Source: the human T2T-CHM13v2.0 reference genome, Homo sapiens. Taken from it: a DNA stretch of 64,000 bases. Of the stretch, positions 40,324 through 56,449 are shown one piece after another (position 1 is the stretch's first letter; every line of letters begins with the position of its first letter). Location of the stretch: NCBI RefSeq assembly GCF_009914755.1, contig NC_060936.1. One strand, written 5' to 3'. The notes beneath the pieces were generated by a model. The model made no database searches and was not told the DNA's origin. It saw nothing but the letters and a program-made list of their open reading frames with translations. Both the position numbers and the translations under genes were made by a program.

Positions 40324-42507
40324 TAAAGGAGAAAGTGGACTCAGAGTGACAAAGATGACTCAGAGATTTTCACTAAGACACACAACCAAAGAAAAAACAT
40401 CCCAGATGTTCCAGGTTAGGAGCCCAGACGATTCTTCCTTTGTCCTGATGAAATGCAAGATGAACAACAGTTCCCTCTTATGCGATTTTTTTTAGAGAAT
40501 AATATTCAGCTGCAACCCTGGGCTGGACACTCACCTTTCAGTCAAAAACTAAGCCTCACGAATCCCAAATGTCTATGTGTGTCATCCTTTTAAACTTTCA
40601 TAATTTTTTTACTAGGAAAAAAAATGTTTAAAGAGGGAAACTGCTAGTAAGTTGCATGGTTGCCATCTCATACCAGTGTTTCCTAGCTGTGCCTATACTT
40701 CTACAACCTTTTGGGTTTCTGGCCAGCAGGTAAGAGGATTCCCTAGGTTGTAGGAAATTCTGACCCATGCTACAGCATGTGCTCATGGGTCATGAACTTA
40801 ATGACCTACTAGTGCCCAGCTCCAGAATGTCAGGTACTAACAGGGTTTGAGTGATTCTCCAAGACCTGCTCACCACACACAAACACAACAGCACATTAAC
40901 AACCCTGGGCATCAGATCCAGACACTGGACTGGATTTTATTCTCTAAAAAAATCTCATAAGAGTGAACTGTTCTTCACTTAGATCCAGACACTGGACTCA
41001 TTTCTGTTTCAAAATAGATTCTTGTGGCAGCAACGGTGGCACCAGGTGGAAGAGAAGCTTGGAATATTTGGCATCAGCTACTCAATGTGACGAAAACCTT
41101 GAACCTCAGACCTGCTACAGGAACAGTGGCCCAGTGCGGGGAGGAGGGAGCTTAACAGGCACCTCCTAACCCAAACAGAGAAGAAATTTGAATTATTTTT
41201 CTGAAATCAACAAAAGGTTAGTTTTGCAGCTTCAAAGGCATCAAGCATATTCTTTGCACTATGTCTTGGATCCCAGCTCATCGGTTTCCTCCCACAAGGC
41301 TGCCTGCCTAAGAGAATCCAATTCAACACTCCAGACAGCCCAACATCACAGTTTGCACCTAAGAACCAATCATTTCCGCACAGGGAAAAATGCTGACACT
41401 GCAGTCTCTTTGCATTCATAATTAAGAGCTCTGAGAATTAATTTCCATCTCTTAATCAGTGCTACTGAAAAGCATTTTGCAATTCCAAGCAAGAATCAGA
41501 TAGGGGAATTGCTGATCCCCAAGTGTCTCCAGGGATCCAGAAGGACACTGTTGTTTCTGCAGGTTTGCATTGACAAGCCTACCCATGAGTCTGGAGGGAC
41601 AGTTGAATACTTCCATCAGCACAAAGTCACCCCCACACCTTCAGCCTCCCCAGCTACCACAAAGATGCTCAGCCCAAGAGACAGTCTCTGGGGACTGCCA
41701 CTCCCTCAATGCCTCCCATGCAGGTAGCCAGCCCAGGCACTTGGAAGGAAAGCCAAGCTCCGCAAAGCAGGCTGCAGGACAGATCTGGGGTGCCCCTGCT
41801 GCCTCTCTCAAAGCACTGCTATTCCTGTCCATGCCGGGTGAGCTGCTGGGCTCCCTCAGACACCCATAAGAAGCAGAAGCAAAGGCCAGCTCATTTCCTG
41901 TGCCTTGCAGCCTTGTTTAAAAGGCCAAGCTGAGAAGACAGCAGGGGGAGAAATTCAAACCTCAAGCAAACAAACAAAGTGGTTTGAATCCTGCGGGAGC
42001 AGGGATGTCAAGCTGCACTACCAGCCATCCAGGAAAGGAGGCCTTTGCCTCTGTTGTGAGGGCTGAGCGCTGGGACCCCCACCTCCGCCGGCCCTTGCTG
42101 GCCTGGTCAATGCCTGCAGGGCTCAGCTCCAGCACCCCCATCCCCCCACAGCTGGCATTGCCTCTCCAGGTGCAGGAGCCCAGCTCAGGAGTGGAACGTG
42201 TACACATGCAGCTATTTTAGTCGTAGGAAGAAAGCCATCCCAGGATCCGACCTCCCTGTGCCCAGCTCCCCACCAGCCCTGTCGTCAGCCTGCGCTGGAG
42301 GCCTGAAGCACCCCCATCTTTTTTATATTTTTCCTCCTATTTGAAGAAAAATACTCCTGTCCTAAGAAAGTCACTAAGCCTTATGATGCATTCAGACCTC
42401 AGTGTGAGTGAGTTTAGCAGAGCCTTTCCTGCAAGTGTAGGTTTGGAAAGTGGGGGCTGGTGGAAAAATGGGGAAAGCATACTAATTGGAGGGTCAGGAT
42501 ATATTAA

Positions 42508-42802
<295 letters not shown>

Positions 42803-42819
42803 TAAAACACACCTTTTTA

Positions 42820-43800
<981 letters not shown>

Positions 43801-44630
43801 AAAACATACCTTTAAAAAATGGCCAGACAGGAAGGCAAGAAAATAAGTGTCAAATCAAGACAACTCTAATTTTTATATTTAATCACTAGAGCTCAGTTAT
43901 TCCTTGAAATATGCATGGGCAAAGCTGCAAAATTAACAGCTTAAAACAACCCATCATTCAATAGATGTTGACTGAGCACCCGCTATGCATCCTTTGAAGG
44001 TACAGGAGAGACAGTCATGGATGTAACAGCAAAGCTCTCTGCAATCCCAAGCCCACATTCTCGTAGGAGACAGACAAACACATAAGTGAAGACCCGTGAT
44101 AGACTAAGATAGCAAGAAAAGATACAAAGAACATGAAAACAGGTGTTGTCACATAGAGAAAAAAGGGATGGAGGGAGGGCTGTTAGAGTGGACGTTAGAG
44201 CCACGAATCCTTACCAGGAGGGACGCGTAACCTGAGGGTTGAAAGGCAAGAAGCTCCCAGCTGTTGAAGATGATGGAGTGGAGTGTTCTAAGCAGAGACA
44301 ACCATCAAATGCTGAGACAAGCTTAGGGATCCAAGGAACAAAAGTAAGTCAGAGGTGGACGAGAGGTAGCAAGATGGACAGGATGGCAGCCACAGGGAGA
44401 AGCCTCAGTTTTATTTATGGAAGGCATTGGAAGGGTCAGAGGATTGCATGATCCAGAGGGCATCACAAGATCACTCCAGTTGCCATAGGGAAAAGACCAC
44501 AGGATGACAAGGGAGCTAGACAGGCCAGTTAGGAAATGGCTTTGGCATCTGGGAAAGAGAAGATGACCACAGTGGAGAGGAGGGGGAGGAGAGCTGGGGC
44601 ACGTCTGGTGCTGAGATGAGTGGTTGGTGC

Positions 44631-45070
44631 GCTCCATGGTTTGAATGCATCCCCCAAATTCCATGTGTGGGAAACTTAATCCTCAACAGGGCAGTACTGA
44701 GAGGTGGGGCCTTTAAGAGGTGACTGAATCATGAGCACTCTGCCCTCATGAATGGATAGGTCCATTCATGGATTAATGGATCAATGTGTTAATGGACCAG
44801 TGGGTTATCAGGGGAGTGGAACTGCTGGCTTAATAAGAAGAGGAAGAGAGCCCTGAGCTGGTATGTGAGCACACTCAGTCCCCTTGCCGCGGGGCGCCCT
44901 ATACCACCTTGGGACCCTACAGAGTCCTCATCAGCAAGAAGGTCCTCACCAGATGCAGCCCCTCAACCTTAGATTCTCAGCCTCCATAGCTTAAGAAATA
45001 GATTCCTTTTCTTTATAAAGTACCAAGTTTCAGGTATTCTGTTATAAGCAACAGAAAACAGACTTGAGCA
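44631..45070 (+). mobile_element. MST (MSTD-like) MaLR solo LTR
   Basis: atggtttgaatgcatcccccaaattccatgtg...caggtattctgttataagcaacagaaaacagact. Confidence 0.82.
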
Positions 45071-45454
45071 GGGAGTTAGATTCGGATGAAGAAAGAGCAG
45101 CGCCCAGGAGGCCCCATCATGGAGGCTCAGGCAACCAGGAGTGGCCACACCATTCACTGGGGAGAAAGTGGTTTGGGAGAGTGGGCACCAATGGGTTTGT
45201 TCTGCCTTGCTGTTAAAGATACAGGTGCCTAATAGACTTCCAAGCAGAGATAACCAGCAGACAGTGGATGAGACATCACTGGGTGCCTCACGTGCTGGTC
45301 ATGTGAAGAAGTGAGAGAGACCTGGCTCAGCCTCTCAGGCCACCTTCACACTGATGTTCAGTGATTCTTCCCTGCCCCTTCCCAGTTGTTCCTCCCTGGC
45401 CCAGCCCGCTCCCTCCAGGGCCCCAGATGGTCTGTGGACAGTGGTATCAGCTAC

Positions 45455-45544
45455 CTTGTCATGCTGCCGGGCCCTTGTGGGAAGGCCTGCATGATGGGAT
45501 CTCAGGAGATACTCTCCCTGGGTGGCATCCTTCAGTTCATTTTC
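45455..45544 (-). other. RIMBP2: RIMBP2 upstream exon (90 nt), nominally 5' UTR but open in frame: ENELKDATQGEYLLRSHHAGLPTRARQHDK
   Basis: Acceptor tcctttccttttgtcctag|GAA and donor AAG|gtagct. 30 codons, no stop, phase 0-0, in frame with the 123-nt exon. Confidence 0.75.
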
Positions 45545-48039
45545 CTAGGACAAAAGGAAAGGACATGTGAGATGGTGCCCCCATGTTTAGAGACTTGGTA
45601 GAGTGCAGTGGTTAGGAGCTCCAATGTGGTAATGAGACCCAAGGTTGGGCACTGATTCTGCAATCCATAAGCTGTGTATGAGTTGGGACTGATTTCTCTC
45701 TTTTTTCCAAACCATAAGTTTCCAAATCTACAAAAGGCAATCATGTTATATTATACGATGATTAGAATATAATACAATAATACATATTAATCACTTAGTG
45801 TCTGTGTCCTAAAAAAGCAACAGAACTTCTCGCCAATTGGAGTTGTTAATAAGCTTTGACCCATCCTTTTTCCCGTGAACACTGCTCCAAACATACAGCC
45901 ACAATAAACAATAGACAGAGAAAGTTTAGAAATATTTAGCCACTCAAAAATAAGATAAAGCATTCTAAGGACTAAATGGCTAGACCACAATGTGGTGAGC
46001 GGAACTTCTGGAACCTTCTAGATTCAGAGTCCAAAAATAGGCAGGGAGAATTAAGAGTCCAGCTTTTTCAAGATATCCAAGATTCAATGTATTCCACATA
46101 AGACAAGAGACATGAACTAAGGTCACCACATGACCTGAGGCAACAGTTAAGCCCCCAAAGAAAGCTGAAAATAATCCATCACCTCCACCTAGAGCCAGAG
46201 CTTTTATGGGGTCATGCACCTAGAGAGGCAAGAGGGAGAAAACTCATTTTTAGGCTCAGTTTTAGGACTTGTCTTACTCTCTACTATCACCATGGCACAG
46301 GAACTCGGAGCTGCCAATAATAAAATCTAATTCAAGACTGAGATCACCTAGGGTGTGGTACAGTAACTACAAATAAGTAAGACAGGGAGAGTGAGCACAG
46401 AGATGGGATTAAGAATCTCTCATTCAAGATGAGTCTGAAAAGAGAAATTCCAGAACACATAAAGAGAACTAACCCTACTAAAGAGATCTCATAAACTTAA
46501 TAATCAGGATAAATTTACTCCAGAGGAAATAAAAATAATAAAGCAACCTGAAAAGGACTTCAATAAGTTTAGAATCCTAAAAGAAGGAATGGCATCCATT
46601 CCAAAAGGAAGAGAAGCAGAAGGGATAATCAATGACTCACAGTGGAAGGCAGCTGGAACCACACCAGCTACCAGCTGTCAGGCTGAGAACTTCTCTTTTT
46701 CCCAATTGTTCAAGTTTGTTCTCTGTTCACACCCTAAATAAATTAATACTGGTGGGACACCCACATCTTGAATTGATCTGGTTCATCTCTGTTACAATAT
46801 TTCGAGTGCTCAGAGTCTAGGCTCCACTCACACATCAGAAAAGCAGCAAGAAATCACGTGGTTTCAACACTTCCCACTAGGAGAGAGGCTCCTCCTGGCC
46901 ATTTTCAGCTTCCATTTTTCAGTCAACCTTCCTTTTTTCTTAGCCACAGTCATAATGAGCTCCGCTACTCTGTGGTAGCTACATTTTCACAGCAATAAAA
47001 CACAGCGAAGGAACCCAAACATAAAAGACGGTGGTGCTTTGTTCCGGGAAACAATGATTACCCAACCTTAGGGAAAGTGATTGATAATGGAGCAATTCCC
47101 TTCTGTCTTCTGAGATGGTCTGGATGGCATAACATTTATTGTTGCCTTTCTCAAGTAAAGCAGATCATAATGTAGTCCCACACTGGTTGCTTGAGAGAAC
47201 TGCAGCCTCTTCAGCATGTCCCACATGGGGGAATCCCTGGAGGTCTTAAGGGGATGGGATGGGTGTACTAATCAAAATACCTGGCTGCTGACCTCAGAGA
47301 CCAACATGCCCCAAGGTAAACTAAGGCAGCAATAGCTCAGAGAATTTGAGAACAAGAGACATTTGAAATAGGGGTTAGATTATGGGTTCTGAGGTCAAAT
47401 TGCCTAAATACAAATGGGAGCTCTCCTTAAATGTGACCTTGGACAAGCTGCCTGGCCTCTCTGCACTCTCTGTGACTTAAGGAGGTAAAAGCTGCAACCC
47501 TAGCAGATGTTGTGAGGATTCAAGGACATCAATCTCACGGAACACAGAGCACATCTTACTGCACAGGGTCAAGGCTCAAACAAGTGGCCCCTTCCCTCCT
47601 GAAGGCATTGCAATGACTGCCTGCCTCTTCCACGTTCTGCCACCACACAGCCACCTGGTTCATGCCATCCGCCTCTCTCTGCATCGCATTTAGGAAGAGT
47701 GAATTGCAAGAAAGGAGCACAGGGAAGATAAACAAGGCTGGTCTTTCACCCAATTTTCTGGTGGTTATAGAAATGCTTACATCTATTTATTTTATTTATA
47801 TTCCATCTCAGTGATTCAAGGTCAGTTGCTTATCCTGATGAAATGAAATCAGTCTTTTCAGGAAAAAAGCTCAGGATCTAAATCCTGTCCAGGAAACACC
47901 AACCCATGATATCCCAATGCAAAGGGAGAGAAACATCTTCGTCTCTTTCCAATGTAGCTTCCCAAATTGGTCCAAGCGTGAACAGGCACTTCAGATACCA
48001 CTTACTATACTGGGCACACCCTACCCTAAAAAAGCCAGT

Positions 48040-48321
<282 letters not shown>

Positions 48322-50400
48322 GCCAGTCACAGGGAGATCTACTTGAAACTAACGACCCCCTACCTCACACTTCAAGAATCACAAAAAACTTAGCCAAGTG
48401 CCAAAGCCCTTCCTACCATGATGGTAAAGGAAACCCATTCAGTGACACAGACAGCCAGGTAAAGGCACAAAGAAAACAGCAAAGGTACCAGCTTGAGCCT
48501 TCTCATACTATGAGACTTTATTTGCCAGATTATGAGCATCCCACGTTGTCCATGCTTACCCTGAAGAAGCCCAGAGGTGGGCATGGGGACGTGTGGTTCC
48601 ACAAGCAGCTCAGCAGGGAAGCTGGCATTGGTCCCCACTGTCCCCTGCAGTGGCAGGCATGGATACCACCCTGACATGCATGTGTTTGCAGGCCTTGGGG
48701 GGGAAATCAGAAAATGCCTACCTCTCACCCTTCTGATCCTGTGAAGATGCTGAAAGGCAAGATGGCTTAACCTGGAAGGCCTCATAACTGACCCTGTGTG
48801 CTACCAGAGCTGTCCACACAGGGAGGTGGACACTACCCCAATCAAATCAAGCCTTTCTGAATCAATCAGCACCACTGAAGAAATTTTGCAGGAATACCAA
48901 GAAATGCAGATCACCTATGTGCTGGTTGCACGCTTGAGATCAGAAGGCCTCCAAATGTGGGCCTGGAATCGCAACACAACTAAACGAGAGTCCCCCAGCA
49001 GCCGGCACCAGTGGCACTAGCCGTGACAGTTCCCAGGAGGAGGAAGAGGAGGATTGGGGGTGTGGGGGGTCTAATATAATCTGACACTCTGATTAACAAG
49101 CTTTTCTACAGCCTAGGGGGAGGCACCAGCACGTCAGTCAGATCACACAAACGCACGCGTGGTCCCACACCACAATGTAACTGACACACTTGCTGGGTTC
49201 CCCCATAGTGGGGCTTTGACGCTGTTGAGTACTGACCACATCTGAGTGCTAGTGGTCGAGTGTGATGCCTCATGCCCCCTGCCTAGTGACAGGAAGCCCA
49301 TGACTCCCACACTGCTGGGACCCTGACGGGGAGAACTTTCTGAGCTCCAGCTGTAGGCACCACCCCCGTCTTAGCTTCGTGACCTGAAATAACAATTGTG
49401 AAAAGAGAAAACCCAGCTTCCAGATATCTTCTTGCTTCTTCAGAAATGTAATGGCTTTTTTTCCAGGGAAGGACATGTAAGCATTGCAATGGAATCGTTT
49501 CAGTCTCTAATCCTTTGAGGTTAAAGCCACACAAAAGAGGGTTTACGGTTTCCCAGCCAGTGGATGCCCTCATGAGACAGAGCCTACCCTGTAAGAATCA
49601 AAACACACAGTCTGTGGAATTTAATTGTCTGCAGCCACAAAAAGGAAGGGCACTTCCTTACCTCCACTTATGCCCATCAGAGCATTCTGGGATTGGATGT
49701 GAGGACTCCTAGGGCCACGTGTCCCTGAAATCCCCCTCCCAGGGCAGCTACAGAACGTGCCAGTTAAGGAGATATTTTAATCCATTAATATCCACTAACA
49801 CATTAAACAGGAATAGCCTTATTTGATTTTCTAGCTGCTGTGTTGCAAAATCATGGGCAAAAAGTGAATTCTAATGAGGATGAGGGAGGAAGGAAAAGGG
49901 CCAAGGCAAGCCTTTCAAACGCCACTGCCCACAGGGAGAGCCGTGTAACACACTCAGTGGACAGGGCCAGAGGTGCTAGAGGTTCGGGGAACATGGCAAC
50001 CGGCCAGCCCAGGCCCCAGTCTTAGAGGGCAGCTGCGACCCTGTCCCTCCTGCGGGTGCCACGTGGGGACGGGAACTGGCCCTGACAGCTGTCTGTGTCT
50101 TTAGGAGCTGGGACACTGGGTTTCCATCCAAAACATCCCTGTTTGGATATGGTGGCTACTAACTCAAAACACACATACCATGGGCTCCTTCCCAAAATAG
50201 ACACATCTACAGGCGGAATTCGACTTCAAGGCGGGGCGCTGCGTAAAAGCAGCTGGACTTGTGCAGAGTCCAAGTGCAGGTGGGGTGAGGGGAGGTGCAG
50301 GGAGCCCCAGGGAGGCACGGACTTCCTGTGCGCAGGGAGAGGAGGAGGAGGTGGGTTTCCACGGAGGATGGCCCACAGTGCCCGAGGCTGTCTCCCTGCC

Positions 50401-51062
50401 TGCTGTGGACTGAATTGCATCTCCCCAAATTCGTACTTTGAAGCCCTAGCCCCCAGGGTGACTCTATTTGGAGATGGGACTCTTAGGAGGTAAGGAAGGT
50501 TACATGAGGTCATGAGATCCTAATCCAACAGGGACCGGGGCTTTCTAAGAGGAGGACGATCTCGGTCTCGCTGCCTGCCTCTCTTTCCCCCTCTCTCTCA
50601 GTCTCACTCTGCCTCGGTTTTAGTTTTTCTTTCTGCCTCTATGTCTATCTCTCTGTTCATTTTTCTGGCTCTGTCTCTATGTCTCTCTGCCTCTCTGTCT
50701 CTGTCTCCACGTCTCTGTTTCTCTGCTTCTTCTGTCTCTCCCAGTCTCACTCTGCCTCTCTCTCTCTCTCTGCCTCCATGTCTGTCTGTGTCTCTGTTTC
50801 TCTGCCTCTCTGTCTCTATTTCTCTGTGTTGGGGGGGGTTTCTCTGCCTCCATCTCTCTCTGTCCCCTACCCACTACCTGGCCGTGTGAGGACACAGTGA
50901 GAAAACAGCCATCTGCAAGTCAAGAAGCGGCTCGCACCAGGAACCGAATCAGCCAGCACCTTGGTCTTAGACTTCCAGCCTCCAGGACTGAGAGAGAGGA
51001 GAGCTCTGTCATTTAAGCTGCCCGGTCTGTGGGATCCTGCTATGGCAGCCTGAGCTAGTGTA
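50401..51062 (+). mobile_element. MLT1A/B-like LTR with internal CT-rich expansion (about 50570-50870)
   Basis: tgctgtggactgaattgcatctccccaaattcgtactttgaagccctag...gacttccagcctccaggactg...tgctatggcagcctgagct. Confidence 0.82.
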
Positions 51063-51940
51063 TAGCCTCTGCTAAAGCAACGAGACATGGACAGGAGCCT
51101 TCACAGTGTCTCCCGAGGCAGCTCAAGGGCTCGTCAAGGAAGAAACTGGGTCTTCTGAAGACACCCCCTTCCCCATCAGGAGCTCCAGTTAAATCCCCAT
51201 TTCAATGGACAAGGTGGCCGCTTCTCTGGGGGAGAAACTGACAAGAGAAAGGAAAAAGCACGTTCTTTCAATAAACTTGTCAATTTTATTCATTTCAATA
51301 ATCCCTCCACCACCACCACTGAGTGTGTATGTGTCAGTACCGGGCTCAGCAGGGGGCCCTGAGTGAGTGGGTGAGGAGCACCCTCTGCCCCCAGCCTTGT
51401 GGGTGCAGCAGACAGCGCAGGGCATTCTGGGTTGAGATGTCAGGAACGCCAGTTGCTATGGGGAGAGGTGAGAGGAATTCTCGGTATCTCCTGATACAGG
51501 TCTGGTCTCAGAGGTGGGGAAGAGGGTCCACCCAGCACAAATACATAACAAAGGCATGTAAGGGCACAGCAAGGTCTCTGGCTCTCAGGATCTGGTATCC
51601 ACGCTACAGGATTCAAAACCATGAACATCCAGTCTCCTGGCCACACTGGACAGGCCCCAGCAAGATGCTTCCTCGCAGCCTCTGCTCTGCTGGCCTCAAA
51701 GAGGTTGCCTCCAGATGCCGGGGTGGTGCTCCCAGCCCTGGAGATGGACACTGCTCCTGAGTAGGGCAGGATTTGGACACGGGAAGCTCCTCAGTGAGAG
51801 TGGACATGGTAATTAACCCACCACGTCTTTCTGATCACATGAATGCAATTAATTCTTGTGTAAATGAGATGCAACCTCCCAAGAGTACAGAAGCTTCTTC
51901 TCTGCTCTTCTTTGTCCTCTACCTGTGGTTCCAGAGGCAT

Positions 51941-52014
51941 GAGCCAGGCCAGATTCCCAGTGGCCTCAAGCAGAGCCGAGCCAGGCCAGATTCCCGGTGG
52001 CCTCAAGCAGAGCC
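51941..52014. repeat. 37-bp tandem duplication
   Basis: gagccaggccagattcccagtggcctcaagcagagcc twice. Confidence 0.8.
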
Positions 52015-54631
52015 CAGCCAGGCTGCAGTGAGCAGGGGATACACCTCATGAGTGACCAGCCCCATGCACAGACCCACAGTGGAGAGGACACACCACATGC
52101 AGAGAGCTACAGACAGCTGGGCTCTGGCTGGACAGGCACTGGGGGTAGCAGACGTGAAGAGGCAAGAAGGGTTGGGTGGCGAGGACTTCATGAACCTCAC
52201 TGAGGAGTTTGTACTTTATTTAGAATGAAATGCAGAAGCTGTCAAAGGTGTTTAAGTGAAATAATAGAAAAATAATATCTGCACTTGGGAAATACTGTCC
52301 TGGGTGTTAAGGGGATTGAAGAAGGGTCAGGCTGGAGTCAAAGAGACCAATTTGCACTCATTTAGGGGACAAGTGCCAGTGGCCAGAATTGAGATTATGG
52401 CAGCAGAAAGCAGAAAGAGGAAGGCGGGTACAGGAGTTATTAAAGCAAGTGAAATAGCATGGCTTGGTGACGAGAAAAGAAGGTGCCACATTCTGGCTTG
52501 GGGCTGCAGAGGCAGGGAGGAGGGAGAAAGTGCAGGTTTAAGGGATGGGGCACGTTCGGTTGCGCTGGGGCTTGGTGAGTGTGAGACCCCACGTGAGGCC
52601 CGGTGGGAATGCTCAGGGGACAGGTCCCCACATGGCCCAGAGCTCAGGAAGGAGAGCCTGACCCAGACCCAGATGTGAAAGTTGCACTGATACCGACACC
52701 ACTTTGAGTCACAGGAGGGGAGGAGCTCTCAGCAAGATTAAGGAGCAGGAGACAGAGCTGGGAGAAGCCCAAGCATCACAAATGGGCATGAGCCGTTCCT
52801 GTAGAGTGCAGGGCAGAAGCAATGGGAAGCCAGCTCCAGGCTTTTCTAGGAGCTGAGTGACCAGAGCCTTGAGAGTGGGGACCGGCAGGTCAGCTACTGC
52901 CCAGAAGCCAAGCAGCATTGCGGGCATCTCCGTGACCTCCAGGAGAGGCTCTGGTGATGGGATAAGCAGAGGGCAGCATCAATGGGTGGGAGATAAAGAG
53001 GAAGAGGGAGGAGATGCTTTTTTGCAGAGTGCTGGGTGAGAAGAGGCGCAGAGAGACAAGGTCATGATTAGAGCCTCCTAGGGGCATGGATGACTAAGGA
53101 AGGTAGAGAATGCCCTGGAGGCAGTCACAGAGTCAGTAACTCCTCCTTCCTCCCACAGGCGAGTGGAATGTGGGTAGCTGCCGGGAACAGCAGCCCTCCA
53201 GGAAGCCCAGTCAAGGCTGAGGGTGGTAACGTTCATGGGGGCATTGGCAGGTGCAGATGGACACATGGGGAAGGCATGAGGGCAGCAGAGAGAAGGACGG
53301 GGCACTTGGGGATGAGATCGTATGGGGGGAGATGACCCAAGGGGCTCATGTTGGATGATGCAGCAGCTTTGATCCCCTGGGCTTCTACGCTGGGCCAAGA
53401 ACCAACATAAGCTCTTTGCTTTCCTCCTCTTCTTTGTGAAATCTCATCCAGTCCTCTCAGCACTGCCATGTGGCAGACATTCTTGCTATCCTGCTTGTCA
53501 AGGGAAGAAATTCAAGCTCAAGGAGGTTAAGTAACTGAGCGAGCAGCCTCCCCCGAGCATGTGGAGGGGTGGGACTCAAGCCCGGGCTGTGCAGCTGTCA
53601 GGTTTGAGACCCCCTCCTCCCTGCCCCAATTTGCCTCTTATTCTCCTGAGGAAGAGCATCATCCAGCCACTCCCTTGGTCCCAAGGCCCAGAGGAAGGTT
53701 CAGAAATGCCTCCAGTTGGCAGGGGTGGGGGGTTCTGGAAAGCCTGGGGTATCTTCCCTTGCACTAGAGACTACAGATACAGTCTTGGGGGCCTACAAAA
53801 ATATTTCCTGGTATTTTTAGTTCCATGAAATCTAAAAGAATATATAAAGGAACAATTTTGTACCCTATTCAGGACGAAAGCCAACATCTACATTTGGGTT
53901 TGTGGGCCCTCCTGTGCCGGCCTGAAGAATCACCGTATTGACTGTCCTGAGATGCTGAAAGACAATGAAAGGTAACTCCAATGGTGCTTTTGTGCTCGAT
54001 GAAAGCCAGATGACTTCTACAGGCTCAGGCATCAAAGATCTTGCAAGAGTTTGAAAGAGATCAGTGGTAGGAATTGAGTCAACTTCCAGCCAACTGTACA
54101 AAGGCATTAACTTTACTTATAAGAGGAAATGTGATTTAAGTTAAATATCATATGACACATTAAGTCACAGCGAGTTTGGGTTTTGAATTTTATTGGTGTC
54201 TTAAAGTTGTTTCTCTTTGATCTGCTCATTCATTTTGGCCTTATGTTTTAGAAAAGCCATAAAAATTTTATAACCAGTTTTATCTCTGGACACATGTAAT
54301 TACATTATGAATTATAAATATATAACCATATTATGCTCAAACATAGACTATATAGTTATAATATACAAGTCTGGTAGAATAATATTATATAAGAATGATG
54401 TAATTATCAATTATAATAACGTAAAATAAAAATAATCTAAGTCAACACTGGAGTGTGCTTGGTAATATTTTTTCCTTCTGAAAAGGCTTCATAAATGGTT
54501 CTAGCCTAAAGGCATGGGTGGGAGAGTAAAGTGAAGGAAGGGAAGGGAAGAAAAGCCGCTGGTGGGAAGCCTGGAGAGGGAGCCTGAACTAAGGAGAGAA
54601 GGAGAAACCACAGGGTGGAAGGCGAGTGGTT

Positions 54632-54652
54632 GCTGCTGTCCAGGGTCCTGAT
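54632..54652 (-). promoter_or_regulatory. Candidate RE1/NRSE (REST-binding) element
   Basis: Minus strand ATCAGGACCCTGGACAGCAGC versus consensus TTCAGCACCACGGACAGCGCC: both half-sites present with the canonical 2-bp spacer. Confidence 0.55.
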
Positions 54653-55236
54653 GGTCACTGAGCCCCACTCCCGCCCGCCCCTTGAGGTTAAGGCCGAGGG
54701 CAGTCAGCTAAGTCATCCCAGGGTGTGGAGGGACCGTTGGGACTTGGAGGACCTGGGTTTGAAGCCTATCCTAACACTGACCAGATGTAATTTGGGGAAA
54801 ATTATTTAGCCTAAGTATTCTTGGCAATTTAAATGAGATAATTCATATAAATGTATTTTTCAAGTCATAAAGGACAATTTGAATGTGAAATATTATGCTA
54901 ATAAAGGGACTGGCACTAAAACAATTGCTTCTGGTTTCCCAGTGTCGGGGGAGGGTTCTGGGGGAGGCTGGAGAGAGCAACTCCAAACTTCTCAGTTCCC
55001 TTCTATTTTCAGAAATTTGCTTCAACCATGACTGATACATGCTATTCCTGATCTGTTTGATATTTCAGCATTGCACATATGCCAATAATGCAATTGCAGG
55101 GAAGCACATGGTGCTATTTAAAAACTGTTCCTAACACAAGTTAGAGACAAGCTCAAGTGGAAAAATATAATACATGAAGCAGATTCTCAGGTGAGTTTAT
55201 GACATTTACATTCACCTTTTAAATAAGGCTTCTCTC

Positions 55237-56241
55237 AGCTTCTGCACAGCAAAAGAAACTATCGTCAGAGCAAACAGACAACCTGCAGAATGGGAGGAAA
55301 TTTTTGCAATCTATCCATTTGACACGAGTCTGATATCCAGAATCTACAAGGAACTTAAACAGACTTACAAGAGAAAAAAAAAAAAACATTAAAAAGTGGG
55401 CAAAGAACATGAACAGAAACTTCTCAAAAGAAGACATTTATGTGGCCAACAAACATATGCAAAAAAGCTCAACATCACTGATCATTACAGAAATGCAAAT
55501 TAAAACCACAATGAGATACCATCTCATAACAGTCAGAATGGCGATTACTAAAAAGTCAGTCAAGAAACAACAGATGCTAGCAAGGCTGTGGAGAAATACA
55601 AACACTTTTACACTGTTGATGGGGATGTAAATTAGTTCAACTGTTGTGGAAGACAGTGTGATGATTCCTTGAAGACCTAGAACCAGAAATATCATTTGAC
55701 CCAGCAATCTCATTACTGGTTATATACCCAAAGAAATATAAATCATTCTATTATAAAGATACATGCAAGCATATGTTCACTGCAGCACCATTCACAATAG
55801 CAAAGACATGGAATCAACCCAAATGCCCATCAGTGATAGACTTGATAAAGAAAACATGGTACGTATACACCATGGAATACTATGTAGCCATAAAAAGGAA
55901 TGAGATCATGTCCTTTGCAGGGACATGGATGGAGCTGGAAGCCATTATCTTCAGTAAATTAATGCAGGAACAAAAAACTAAACACCACATGTTCTCACTT
56001 AGAAGTGGGAGCTGAATGATGAGAAGAGAACACATGGACATAGGGAGGGGAACAACACACACTGGGGCCTGTTGGAGGTTGAGGGTAGGGGAAGGGAGAG
56101 AATCAGGAAAAATAGCTAATGCATGCTGGGCTTAATACCTAGGTGATGAGTTGATAGGTGCAGCAAACCACCATGGCACATGTTTACCTATGTAACAAAC
56201 CTGCATGTCCTGCACATGTACCCCATAACTTAAAATAAAAA
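55237..56241 (+). mobile_element. L1PA (older primate L1) 3' fragment: ORF2 C-terminus plus 3' UTR
   Basis: Frameshifted ORF2 peptides ([31 protein letters not shown]), typical 3' UTR and A-rich end. Confidence 0.95.
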
Positions 56242-56449
56242 TGTCTCTCAATAATTGTACTTCATCAACTTACATGTATCTGCAATGCATACTCTGACTT
56301 CCAAGTGGAAAAGAAACATAGTTAAATTTATATTTGCTTCATATTGGTCAGTATAATCAGAACACAGGCAGCCCCAAAGGGAACTCTTTTCTACCAAAAC
56401 AATGGGGTTGAACTTAGGAGAGAACAATTATGCCACACAGCTGAGGAGG

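Noticed and set aside
50570-50870. Leu/Ser-rich hydrophobic ORFs resembling membrane proteins
   Set aside because: CT-rich low-complexity expansion inside an MLT1 LTR.
55409-56015. L1 ORF2-like peptides (also 60850-61356)
   Set aside because: Frameshifted, 5'-truncated relics that cannot encode an active protein.
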